Shown one piece after another: positions 1 through 9,062 of a DNA stretch of 35,947 bases. This DNA comes from Craspedostauros australis (lineage: Eukaryota). The stretch is from the NCBI GenBank assembly GCA_030167865.1, contig JALAGF010000359.1, forward strand, positions 1 through 35,947, given 5' to 3'. The notes under the pieces are model-generated. The model was given only the letters and a program-made list of their open reading frames with translations. It was not told where the DNA came from and made no database searches. A program made the position numbers and the translations under genes. Every line of letters begins with the position of its first letter. Within the stretch, counting starts at the first letter, position 1.

Positions 1-382
1 CCAACCTCAGATCTGGAATGGATTGGTATATGTTTTAGATCTACGAGGATTGGGAATATGTACTTAGTTTTGAAATCGCAGGAAAAAAGTTGCGAGGTCT
101 ATTTCAAAGTCTTGATCGACTCACTCGGGGGGCTCTTATATCCTGTTTGTGACCAACTTTGTACGTGGATGGATTTGCCGAGTGTTGTGCCTTGTGTGTC
201 TTGCCAGTTGGTCTGCGTCGTTGCGCGGAGAGCTGTTCGCTCGTGTTTTGCGCCTTGTGTCGACAACGCCAAAAGAGATAGAAAAAGCAGAAGAGAAGAG
301 AGACGAAGAGACGAAGAAAAAGAGGACATCACGTTGCAGAGAGAAACGCAGGAGAGACAACAGATCGTTGCTTCCCCATCAC

Positions 383-477
383 GTACGTAGGGAATCACCC
401 CGCAGCAACGCCTTCCTCTGCTTCGACAGTTCACAATTGAAAGAGTCCAAGCAAGCAACTCTTATTTTACATCATAG
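383..477 (+). other. Possible 5'-UTR intron upstream of paralogue A
   Basis: GTACGT donor at 383 (same hexamer as Nup93 intron 2), CTTATTTTACATCATAG acceptor at 477, 95 bp long. There is no coding constraint to confirm it. Confidence 0.25.
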
Positions 478-644
478 AATAGCTCTATTGCAGCAAGCCT
501 CGTTATAAGGAACGCAATCAACAAGCAAGCAACAGGACACAAGGTGCCGTCGGTCATTGCCGCTTTCGCCACTGCAGCTACTTTAGCCACAGATAGTCCC
601 TCCGAGCAGGACCATACTCGCACAACGACATAGAGTAGACCAAG

Positions 645-3593
645 ATGAAGCGCCAACTGTTGGACCGCATGCGGCGGCGTCTGCCTGGCAGCGGCGAAGA
701 GAAGTACGAGAAGCACCCGATCTCCGGGGATTACCATGGCATCGACCATGATGCCTTGAAGTTCGGCAGCAACATGACCAGCAGCGACAACAGCCACAGC
801 AACCGGAGCAGCTGCACGATCAGCACCATGGTCTCCACCGAGCCACCATCGCTGCAGTCCTCTCCGCCACCGCCCAACTGCGTGTCTCCAAGCCACCTCA
901 ACGATGACTACGATCTGGACTGCGGCTCCACCCCAATCGGGCGCAGCAACAACCACGCGACCGTCTCCATCGCTGCCTCGGTCTCCACGGCCGCGTCCGC
1001 ATCCGGTTCCATCTCCAGTACTAGTGGCAGTGCTAATGGTAGTACCAGTGGTAGCGGGAGCAAAGGCGGAAGCATTACCAGCGCCGCTGGTACCACTGGC
1101 GCAACTAATCACAGAAAGCGCGTCTATATGATCGGTGCCATGGCCAACCACCCGACTCCCATCCTGTCCCAGACGTCCGCCTCGTTGATGTCCGACCACG
1201 ATGATGTCTTCGTGCGACAGCCGAAGCGTTTGCAGACGTCGCCGCCGCACGAGCTTCAGCACATGCATGCGCTGGAAGGCCTCGATCCGCAGCTCCGAGC
1301 TCAACTGCATGCCCAGCTCCAAGCGCAGCTGCAGTCGCAGTCAATGCTGGATGCCTCTCTGCGCACGGGCACCGCGTCGCACGGCGCGCTGAACCAGTAC
1401 AGCGCCAACATCAACAGCCTGCATCCGCCAGCGACGGTCCAGAGCCTCAACCCCTCGACGGCGTACCCTGCCACCTTCACGGACAGCCGTAGCGCCGTTG
1501 GAGTGTCGGGCGACTTCAACATCGCCAGCAACACAATTGCCAGCAACGCCATGAGCATGCCTGCGAACGGCGGTTTCTTCGGTGGATGTGGAGGGGACTT
1601 CGGTTCCGATCCAGGGGCAGCAGGTCCTCCCCCCACCCTCTTCGCAGCCTGCTGCAGCCCTTTCTCCGTCCTGCAGCAAACCTCCAACGAGGATGATCAT
1701 CAGCACGCAGCCTCCTCTTTCACAACTGCAAACGCACGCGCGATGCAGATCCCGTCCAACCCTCAGCACGCAGATCAACAGCAGACACATCAGCAACGAA
1801 AGAAGAAGCAAGCGAGCGGACCAATCGCAATGGCGGCGACCATGTGGATGCAGCACAAGCAGCAAAAGGAGCTGAGGCAGACCAAGGAACTTCGCACCGT
1901 GGAAGACTCCTACCTGGCCAACGAACTAGAGCGTCTGTCCCTGGCGGAGCAGCAGGCCGTGGCCAAGGACCTGCAGCCCGACGCAGTCTCTTCGGCAGAT
2001 AACGCCCCATCCTCCGCAAACCCGAATCTCTTCGTGATCCAGTCATCTCAGCGGCAAGGACCATCACCGCACACGCACCGTGGCGCCAGCCCCGTCAGCG
2101 TCGACGGCTCGGCCGCAAGCCCAACCACGGCGGACCCGGTCATGGATCCGCCGGAGGAGTCGCCGGAGAACTTGCAGCGGCTGCTGGACGAGATGGACCA
2201 CGAGATGTCCAAGCTGCGCAAGCACAAGGAATGGTACGAGAAGGCGGCCTTCCTATCTCCCTGGTACGTGCGGGACGTCAAGTTTCGCCTCGCCTTCCTT
2301 CGCGCCGATCGCTACGACGCAAAGCGGGCAGCGTTCCGCCTCGCGACGCACTTTCAGATCAAGGCCAAGATCTTCGGCGATGACCTAGAAGCAGGTTCTG
2401 ACGCAGCACCACAACCAGCCTCCAACAACAAATCACAGGCCTCCTCCGCAACGTCGCTGGAACTCCTGGCGAAGCCCATCACGTGGGATGATCTCGACGA
2501 AGAGACGCAACGATGCTACTTGACCGGCCAGGCCATGTACTTGCCAAACGTCCGTGACCGTGGCGGGCGGGGCATCTTCATCTGCTGCGCACGCCTTTGG
2601 GATTCCTCCAAATTCTCCACAGGCGCTGTTCTGCGTGCCTACTGGTACACCGTCATGGGAACCTGCATGGACGACGAGGAATCGCAGAAGCGTGGTTTGA
2701 TCGCTCTTTACATGGCGCACAATGGCACGCTCGGCCAGACCGTCCAATGCGCGCAGATCCTCGCCAAAGGCCAGTTCGACAAGTGCCTACCGATCCGATG
2801 TGCGGGCCTGTACATGTGCCTTGACAACTCCAGCGGGGGGATGATTGGCGGCGAGTCGTCCGCGACGCCTTCCATCACATCCTTCTTCGGCAACTACTTC
2901 CAGAAATCTATCTGCCAGGCCATGCGCGTCAGGGTCCGCACCATCTTCGGATCGTTCCTCGAATGCTACTACCAACTTTCCATCATGGGCATCCCGACGG
3001 ACAAGCTCCCCTACACGTGCTTCGGCGAGCTCGATCCATCCAAGCAATCCGTCGCCGTCGCGGCTCATCGTGCGGTCGAGAACAAGTTCGTCGAGAGCGA
3101 CCGGCAGAACATTGAGAGGGAACGCGAGCACCTTCTGCTGGAGGCTGCGGAAGATGCAGATGACAATGGAGACGACGATGACGGCAACACCAACGGTACG
3201 AAAAAGACATCGAAGCAAACCAAGAAGAAAAAGAAGGCGAATGGCTCCGCCCAAGACCAGGGCACGGACTTTACCAGGAACCATCAGCTCATCGTCCATC
3301 CCAACCGTCACGACGTGTTGCTGGGACGCGGGCGTCCTTATCAGAACTACATCGGCAACGTCCGCCTCTTCGAACACATCGAAGCCTGCAAGGATGCCCA
3401 CGGCGCGCTCGAAAAGCAACGCCGCGAGAAGACGGACCTGTCGCGCCGCATCGTGCGACTCATCCAATCCAACGGAGGGCGGTTCCTCAGGCGTGCCGGA
3501 CCTGGTTGGATGGAGGTGGATGATGATCAGGCACGCATCAAGGTCGCAATGGGGTTCCGCAATCTTGCCCGGAACAAGAGAAAGCAAAAGTAG
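645..3593 (+). CDS. CRAL-TRIO/Sec14-like + DUF6824-domain protein (paralogue A), 982 aa, single exon
   Basis: Long uninterrupted ORF with GC3-rich codons. Ser/Gln-rich disordered N-terminus, helix LANELERLSLAEQQAV, CRAL_TRIO_N-like FRLAFLRADRYDAKRAAFRLATHF, RDRGGRGI, YWYTVM...ESQKRG, FGSFLECYYQLSIMGIP. C-terminal DVLLGRG..YQNYIGN...EKTDLSRRIVRLIQSNGGRFL...WMEVDDDQARIKVAMGFRN (DUF6824 signature, ~3300-3563). The same motifs occur in two other genes in the window. Confidence 0.88.
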   Translation: MKRQLLDRMRRRLPGSGEEKYEKHPISGDYHGIDHDALKFGSNMTSSDNSHSNRSSCTISTMVSTEPPSLQSSPPPPNCVSPSHLNDDYDLDCGSTPIGRSNNHATVSIAASVSTAASASGSISSTSGSANGSTSGSGSKGGSITSAAGTTGATNHRKRVYMIGAMANHPTPILSQTSASLMSDHDDVFVRQPKRLQTSPPHELQHMHALEGLDPQLRAQLHAQLQAQLQSQSMLDASLRTGTASHGALNQYSANINSLHPPATVQSLNPSTAYPATFTDSRSAVGVSGDFNIASNTIASNAMSMPANGGFFGGCGGDFGSDPGAAGPPPTLFAACCSPFSVLQQTSNEDDHQHAASSFTTANARAMQIPSNPQHADQQQTHQQRKKKQASGPIAMAATMWMQHKQQKELRQTKELRTVEDSYLANELERLSLAEQQAVAKDLQPDAVSSADNAPSSANPNLFVIQSSQRQGPSPHTHRGASPVSVDGSAASPTTADPVMDPPEESPENLQRLLDEMDHEMSKLRKHKEWYEKAAFLSPWYVRDVKFRLAFLRADRYDAKRAAFRLATHFQIKAKIFGDDLEAGSDAAPQPASNNKSQASSATSLELLAKPITWDDLDEETQRCYLTGQAMYLPNVRDRGGRGIFICCARLWDSSKFSTGAVLRAYWYTVMGTCMDDEESQKRGLIALYMAHNGTLGQTVQCAQILAKGQFDKCLPIRCAGLYMCLDNSSGGMIGGESSATPSITSFFGNYFQKSICQAMRVRVRTIFGSFLECYYQLSIMGIPTDKLPYTCFGELDPSKQSVAVAAHRAVENKFVESDRQNIEREREHLLLEAAEDADDNGDDDDGNTNGTKKTSKQTKKKKKANGSAQDQGTDFTRNHQLIVHPNRHDVLLGRGRPYQNYIGNVRLFEHIEACKDAHGALEKQRREKTDLSRRIVRLIQSNGGRFLRRAGPGWMEVDDDQARIKVAMGFRNLARNKRKQK

Positions 3594-4208
3594 AGCAATT
3601 TCTTTGAATTCACACCGCGTCGCAACGACAGCACAAGAGTTGACCACAACGCAAGGTGCAGCACATGACTGCAATTGGCCAATAGGCCAAACCATCTGGT
3701 CGAACACGAACTACAGGGAGGAACGTTCGCTTACCAGGGAAGTTTAATGATACATTTGACAGCAACGACAATTGCGGAAGCAGCCGTTTTTCTCCACTTC
3801 TGTCATTTCTTCCAAGGAAACCATCTGCGCCGAAATGCCGAAACATCCAAAAGGCGATATCGCACATGCATGCTATGACATATGTGCCCACTGTTGTGAC
3901 GCAAACAAGTCCACACTCTACTCTGTCATCCTCAGAGTCGGAAGCTCCTCTCCACGGTACCGCCTTGAACAGGGAATGAAAATGACCAAGCGGAATGTTT
4001 CTGATGCTGTTCATTGCAACCTCCGGGTGCCCAATTCAATATGCTCATCGGAGAAAGCGTGTGCAGTGGGGAGTAATAGTTTCTTACTGTAGGTCGTGCT
4101 CGTGGACGTACTCGGATTAATTTTATATTATACTACACTTGTACTGCGCTATGCGGCTTGTAATCCCATCTCCTGAGCCCATACCCCGCATGGGTACACC
4201 TGCATGGT

Positions 4209-7200
4209 TCAACCACGCGCAGGAGGATGCAGCAAGTTGGCAAAACTGCTCTTCCTCAATTGCTCAACCTTCGCATCTGCCTCCCACAGAGTGTACAGGC
4301 GGATGCATTCATCGTATCTCAGCCTCAATTCTTCCGCATCATCTCCGCGCTTGCTATGACACGCCAAGAGTCGTTCATTGGCAAGGGCCTGGAAATGGAT
4401 CCACCCTGCTTGCTTTGCCACGCCAATCGCTTCGCGGTACAGCCTGGTGGCCTTGTCGAAGTGCCCCTTGATCGCTTCATTCTCTGCCTCCAAGAACCGG
4501 ATTGCATACCTGCAGTTCGGAGAGCCGTTGCTTTCCCAGGTTTGCAGTTGCTTGAGACACTTTTGCGCAGTTCGGGCATACTGTTTCATCTGCCGCCGTT
4601 GGGATTGCGGCTGCTGATGCCGACGGCGTTGAAGTCTCGAGGACCGCCTCCGTTTGCTCTTGGGCTCTGCGGCCCCACCGTAGACTATGTAGCAGCACAG
4701 ACCTCCCAAAAAGCACGCGCTCGGCAACTGTGCGCTGCCAGGGAAAATCTTGAGGCGGATGGCTGTCGTCTTGACGGCGATGTTCGCGCCGATCTCATGA
4801 TCGTCGAAGAATGTGGCGGCGAACAGCTGGTGGAAGGATAGCATCAAGAAGGCTGGGTCGGTCTCATTTGGCGCATCGTTTTCGGTTTCCGTGAAGGCTT
4901 CGCCATTGAGCTTGACAGTTTGCTTTGAAACTCCACGGAGGTTCATCACTAGCTGCCACATCATGCGTGCGTAGGTGTGCTGCTGACTTTGATCAAAATC
5001 CTTCATCAGCTTGCAAGCTTCCGAAATATCTTCATCAAGCTTGGTCAGCGGCGCTCCGCTCATGAATGAAGATCGCATGTACGACAGCAGGTTCCACATT
5101 GCAGAATCGACGTCGCCGATCCGCATGCCGATCTCGTGGCCTTCCAGATGGGCCCGCCGCACGGCCGCAGGAGAAGCCGTCCAGTGCAGCACCACGTCGT
5201 ACAACATGAACATCGATTGGCTTCCGAAGATTGGATTCTGAAATCGGTCCAGAATCTTCAACGCCGCTTCTCCGTACTTGCGGGAAAGATGGAAGTTGCC
5301 CACCAAGTATCCAGCCATGAGCCCCTGCAAGGCAAATGCCGGCGCTGAATGCTCTGTGATGCCATGATCAAGGGTTCGACGGATATGCTTCGTCAAGATC
5401 AGCGGCAGAAGGTTTGGCTTGGAGAAGTTGGCTGCGATGGACAGCAGATGCAACAGCTCAGAAATCATGACTTCTCGATGCACAGGAGCGTTGTTGGAGC
5501 CTCTTGAGTTGGGATCGTCGTTGGCGTTGCTGGTGCGTGGACCATCACACACCTTCAGATGATCGATCATGTCGCCATTCCACTTTTGGGCCATCTTGTT
5601 CAGTTCTGCAACACCGCGCATGGTGGCAACCTTGATCTGAATTTGTCCTTTGGGGAGATTGAAACCCAGCCGGGCGAGCGCCCTTCGGCACAGCTCGACG
5701 GGATCCTGCGAAGCAGCTGCGCCCCCGAGCGATAGCGATTTGCGACGAGCGCTGTTCCTCCGTCTGGTTCGCTTCATTGATTTCTTTGCTCGTTGCGAAT
5801 GGACCTGCAACCGATTGGCGTGAGAGATGGCGATATGGATCTGAATCAAGCAGGCTCTTCTCTTGTGTTCCGCAGGACAAGGCAAGCCCATCACCTGTGA
5901 ACAGTACCGACGGGCAAGCTCAAAGTCAGCCACATTGTAGGCACATTCAGCAGCCATGGAATTGAGGTTGATGATCATCTGCGATTCGGGCTGCTGGTGC
6001 GTTTGATCACCGGTAGGCAGCAGCTGGATCGCAGTTTCGAAGTAGTGCAACGCCAGCCCAAATGCGGAGTACCTTTGAGCACGTAACCCAGCCTCGTAGT
6101 TGACCTGCATCGCCCTTGTGCGGCGTCCATCGTCGGTGTTCACATGATCATGGTCGCCATCATCTTGTTGCTGTTGCCGCCGCCGCTGCTGCTGCTGCGA
6201 TTCCAGTGCAGAGCGCGCATTTAGTGCATTGGCAACGAAATCGATCTGCTTGGACAGTTCTGCCGGTGATAGGTGTTCCACAAGAGCTTCGCCCACATGG
6301 TAGAGCAACTCGCCTACCTTGCCGGGTGCAACGCAACACAGTGCTGCTTCCCGTATCGTCTCATGCATGAAGCAGTGCTCGGTCTCAATGGACGGATCTT
6401 GCTCGTTTGCGGTGGTAGCGACGGCGTCGTCGTCGTTGTCGTCTGCTGATGGTTGGATTCGCAATCGCTGTTGAGCTTTAGATTCAACGCCATCATAGTC
6501 TGGTGAATCTTCACAATGGAAGATCAGTCCAGCATGGCAGCACTTCTCCAAGATCTCGTGGAGATCATCTTTCATGAGATTCCCGTCCCTGGGTGAGACG
6601 GATGGATCGAAGATGGAAGCGAGCTGCGGGCGGGACGATACATGCTGGATGGCATAAAGTAGATCTCTGGTTCGGAATCGGAAACCCAAGCACGCCGCAA
6701 CTGCCAGCGCCAATGGACTTGCTTCGATTGCCGCCATCTTTTGATGGAGGATATCCAACAGATCGATCGAGGACGTCTCATTTGGCTCTGCTGGTGTTGG
6801 AGCTGCTGTTTGAAATGACGAGGTTTGCGGTGGGGCATTCGGTATCGTCCACTTCCAAGCCATCTCGTTCATGTCGTAATACAACGACCGATCCTCCACC
6901 AACGACCCAATGTACTGCTGCGAGGTATACACGTTTCCACCGGTGCGATCCAACATCATGGTGGCGAAGTCGAAGGATCGCTCAATTGGAAACAGCAGCG
7001 CAATTGTGTACGCATGGATATGCGGCAATGCGAAGGGATGAACCTTCATTTTATGGATTTTGAGGGAACGCTCCCGTTTGACCGCATCTACCGCCAGCAG
7101 CATTTGATGCAAGGGGGTTGGGTCATTCCCATCGCCGTTGTTGTTACTCTCGTGTGCCGAAAGGCCTTGAGATGCATTTGTTGTCAGCGGTGAAATCGAA

Positions 7201-9062
7201 GCCGATGATGTTCTGCGCGATGTGACCGCCGCTGAATGGTTGGTGTCATCGGCGCCAACGACATCCGCCACACCACCTCCGATCCGCTCCAAACCCTTGT
7301 GGCAACCGATGACCAGCAGCGCTGGGATGTTGGTATCAACGAGCCACGATTGCAGCAGATCCAAGGAAATGCCGTCGGCATACTCCATGTTATCCACAAC
7401 GATAATGATAGGACTGATATCGCAAAGGATTTGCAAGAACCGTTGCAGTGCATACCTCAATCGATTGAAATTACGCATGTGCCCATTCGGGATATGCGTC
7501 TCAGCAGTGGCGACGACTCTGTGTGTCTCCGCCTTCGCCTTCACCTTCTCATTCGTCGTGCCTTGGGTTTGTGTCGTTGCACTTTCGGGAGGTGATGTTG
7601 GAGTTATCCCTGTGTTGGATGATGATTCGTTGCTTTGATTCGTGACGATCGGATTAAAGATGGTTTGGCACGAAGGCATGAAATCCACCAACGCCCTTTG
7701 CTGACAAGAGCTGAGTTCTGCGGTGAGTCGTTGCTGCAAAGTTTGGTAGTTCCGAGGGTCGTTCAGGATTGTTGTTTTGGACCTGGACCTGGACTGGGAC
7801 TTGGATGTGATCCTGGTTGCGCGCTCTGTTGTGTTGGTGCCGACATCCTTGTCCTCAATACGTTTGGGATCGTCGTTGCTTCCGTCATTATCATCATCAT
7901 CATCATGCTCGCTGTCGCCACCACTCTGCATTTGCGCGGCTGAATCTGTGTTCGGGAATTGCGACACCTGCGTACAGATGTCGAACATCATTGCTCGCAT
8001 CATGGATAATGGGGCGTGTGGAAAACTGGCCTCCTCACACCGCGTGTGCACGAAAATCCCGTGCCGCTCGAGGCACTGGAGTCGGGAATGCAGGGCCAAC
8101 GACGTCTTTCCATTGCCAGCATCACCTTCCAACGATATGAATATCCGTGCTGTCTGATTCTGGTGCTTTGTCGCTTTGTCCTGGTGCTGCGATGGCGTCG
8201 GTTGTTCGTTGTGATTGCTGAGCGACAGGTCCGTCTCGATGCTTCCTTCCGATGTCATCATTCCCACGAGCAACAGCTGGCGTTGCCTTGCTTCGAATCT
8301 ACGAAATACGGAATCTAGAGCACCTTGAATGAGACGGATTTCCTTACGACGACCGATCAAGCCCACGTGGGAGAAGTGAGGCATCACTCTGACTTGCGCC
8401 TTTGGTGCCGCAGTCGATAGATGCTGTTCGCTGTTTGCTCCTGACATCGAATTGAGTTGTGCAGATGCATGTGCTGGTGCATTTTGTGATTGCTGTAGAT
8501 TCGCGATGGTCGTCATTGTGGGCGCATTTTGTAGTGGTGGCGAAGCGGGAGTTTCGGCATGAAGGTCTGCCGTCGCTGTCGGTTGGGTTTGCGGTTGCGA
8601 CAGTGCATGTTGAGGTAGTTGGGCAACCGCAGTCTTGACCTGATCGCCGCCGCTGTTTGTATGGCCGTGACCTGCAGCAACACTCGACCCCACCCCAGCT
8701 GATGACTGTTGATGAGCGGAATCCGTTTGAGAAGATGCCCTTGCTATCGGAGCGCTCGTGCTCAACGAAATCCCCGAGAGAGGAATGATAACTTCATCCC
8801 GTTCTCGATGGTCGTCAACTTCGTCGCTCGTATCCTGTGCCTTCGAGCCATTCTGATGGATCTGATGGATGGCAAAGGACATGGCGTCCTGGCTGATCGC
8901 CACTGGCGTGGCAGCAGCAGTAGCAGAGATCTTTGGCATGACCCCTTCCGATCCGTCTTGTGTACGAACACCGCCTCTGACTCTGTCCATCTGCGAATTG
9001 AGGATGTCGCCAGTGGCGTCCTTGAGCCTGCGGCTGCTCGTCGCTTCTGCTTCTGTGGACAT
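4209..9062 (-). CDS. STAND-class / AAA_16-type P-loop NTPase with C-terminal TPR-like helical region, related to the ATPase-TPR core of bacterial multi-sensor kinases; 1617 aa, intronless
   Basis: 1617-codon ORF. LIGRRKEIRLI pre-P-loop motif, Walker A GDAGNGKT (8103-8126), Walker B-like IIIVVDNMEYAD (~7374-7409), RTGGNV, LAVAACLGFRF, FMHETIREAA, then TPR-like helices (NYEAGLRAQRYSAFGLALHYFETAIQLL; LYREAIGVAKQAGWIHFQALANERL; YTLWEADAKVEQL). No kinase, GAF, HisK or cyclase domain is visible. Confidence 0.85.
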   Translation of the reverse strand: MSTEAEATSSRRLKDATGDILNSQMDRVRGGVRTQDGSEGVMPKISATAAATPVAISQDAMSFAIHQIHQNGSKAQDTSDEVDDHRERDEVIIPLSGISLSTSAPIARASSQTDSAHQQSSAGVGSSVAAGHGHTNSGGDQVKTAVAQLPQHALSQPQTQPTATADLHAETPASPPLQNAPTMTTIANLQQSQNAPAHASAQLNSMSGANSEQHLSTAAPKAQVRVMPHFSHVGLIGRRKEIRLIQGALDSVFRRFEARQRQLLLVGMMTSEGSIETDLSLSNHNEQPTPSQHQDKATKHQNQTARIFISLEGDAGNGKTSLALHSRLQCLERHGIFVHTRCEEASFPHAPLSMMRAMMFDICTQVSQFPNTDSAAQMQSGGDSEHDDDDDNDGSNDDPKRIEDKDVGTNTTERATRITSKSQSRSRSKTTILNDPRNYQTLQQRLTAELSSCQQRALVDFMPSCQTIFNPIVTNQSNESSSNTGITPTSPPESATTQTQGTTNEKVKAKAETHRVVATAETHIPNGHMRNFNRLRYALQRFLQILCDISPIIIVVDNMEYADGISLDLLQSWLVDTNIPALLVIGCHKGLERIGGGVADVVGADDTNHSAAVTSRRTSSASISPLTTNASQGLSAHESNNNGDGNDPTPLHQMLLAVDAVKRERSLKIHKMKVHPFALPHIHAYTIALLFPIERSFDFATMMLDRTGGNVYTSQQYIGSLVEDRSLYYDMNEMAWKWTIPNAPPQTSSFQTAAPTPAEPNETSSIDLLDILHQKMAAIEASPLALAVAACLGFRFRTRDLLYAIQHVSSRPQLASIFDPSVSPRDGNLMKDDLHEILEKCCHAGLIFHCEDSPDYDGVESKAQQRLRIQPSADDNDDDAVATTANEQDPSIETEHCFMHETIREAALCCVAPGKVGELLYHVGEALVEHLSPAELSKQIDFVANALNARSALESQQQQRRRQQQQDDGDHDHVNTDDGRRTRAMQVNYEAGLRAQRYSAFGLALHYFETAIQLLPTGDQTHQQPESQMIINLNSMAAECAYNVADFELARRYCSQVMGLPCPAEHKRRACLIQIHIAISHANRLQVHSQRAKKSMKRTRRRNSARRKSLSLGGAAASQDPVELCRRALARLGFNLPKGQIQIKVATMRGVAELNKMAQKWNGDMIDHLKVCDGPRTSNANDDPNSRGSNNAPVHREVMISELLHLLSIAANFSKPNLLPLILTKHIRRTLDHGITEHSAPAFALQGLMAGYLVGNFHLSRKYGEAALKILDRFQNPIFGSQSMFMLYDVVLHWTASPAAVRRAHLEGHEIGMRIGDVDSAMWNLLSYMRSSFMSGAPLTKLDEDISEACKLMKDFDQSQQHTYARMMWQLVMNLRGVSKQTVKLNGEAFTETENDAPNETDPAFLMLSFHQLFAATFFDDHEIGANIAVKTTAIRLKIFPGSAQLPSACFLGGLCCYIVYGGAAEPKSKRRRSSRLQRRRHQQPQSQRRQMKQYARTAQKCLKQLQTWESNGSPNCRYAIRFLEAENEAIKGHFDKATRLYREAIGVAKQAGWIHFQALANERLLACHSKRGDDAEELRLRYDECIRLYTLWEADAKVEQLRKSSFANLLHPPARG

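Noticed and set aside
271-360. Purine-rich GA tract and ORF 58-390
   Set aside because: Simple low-complexity leader or promoter sequence; the translation is not protein-like.
462-3747. Overlapping ORFs 462-1322 (-), 2787-3707 (-) and 2845-3747 (+)
   Set aside because: Alternative-frame or antisense shadows of paralogue A.
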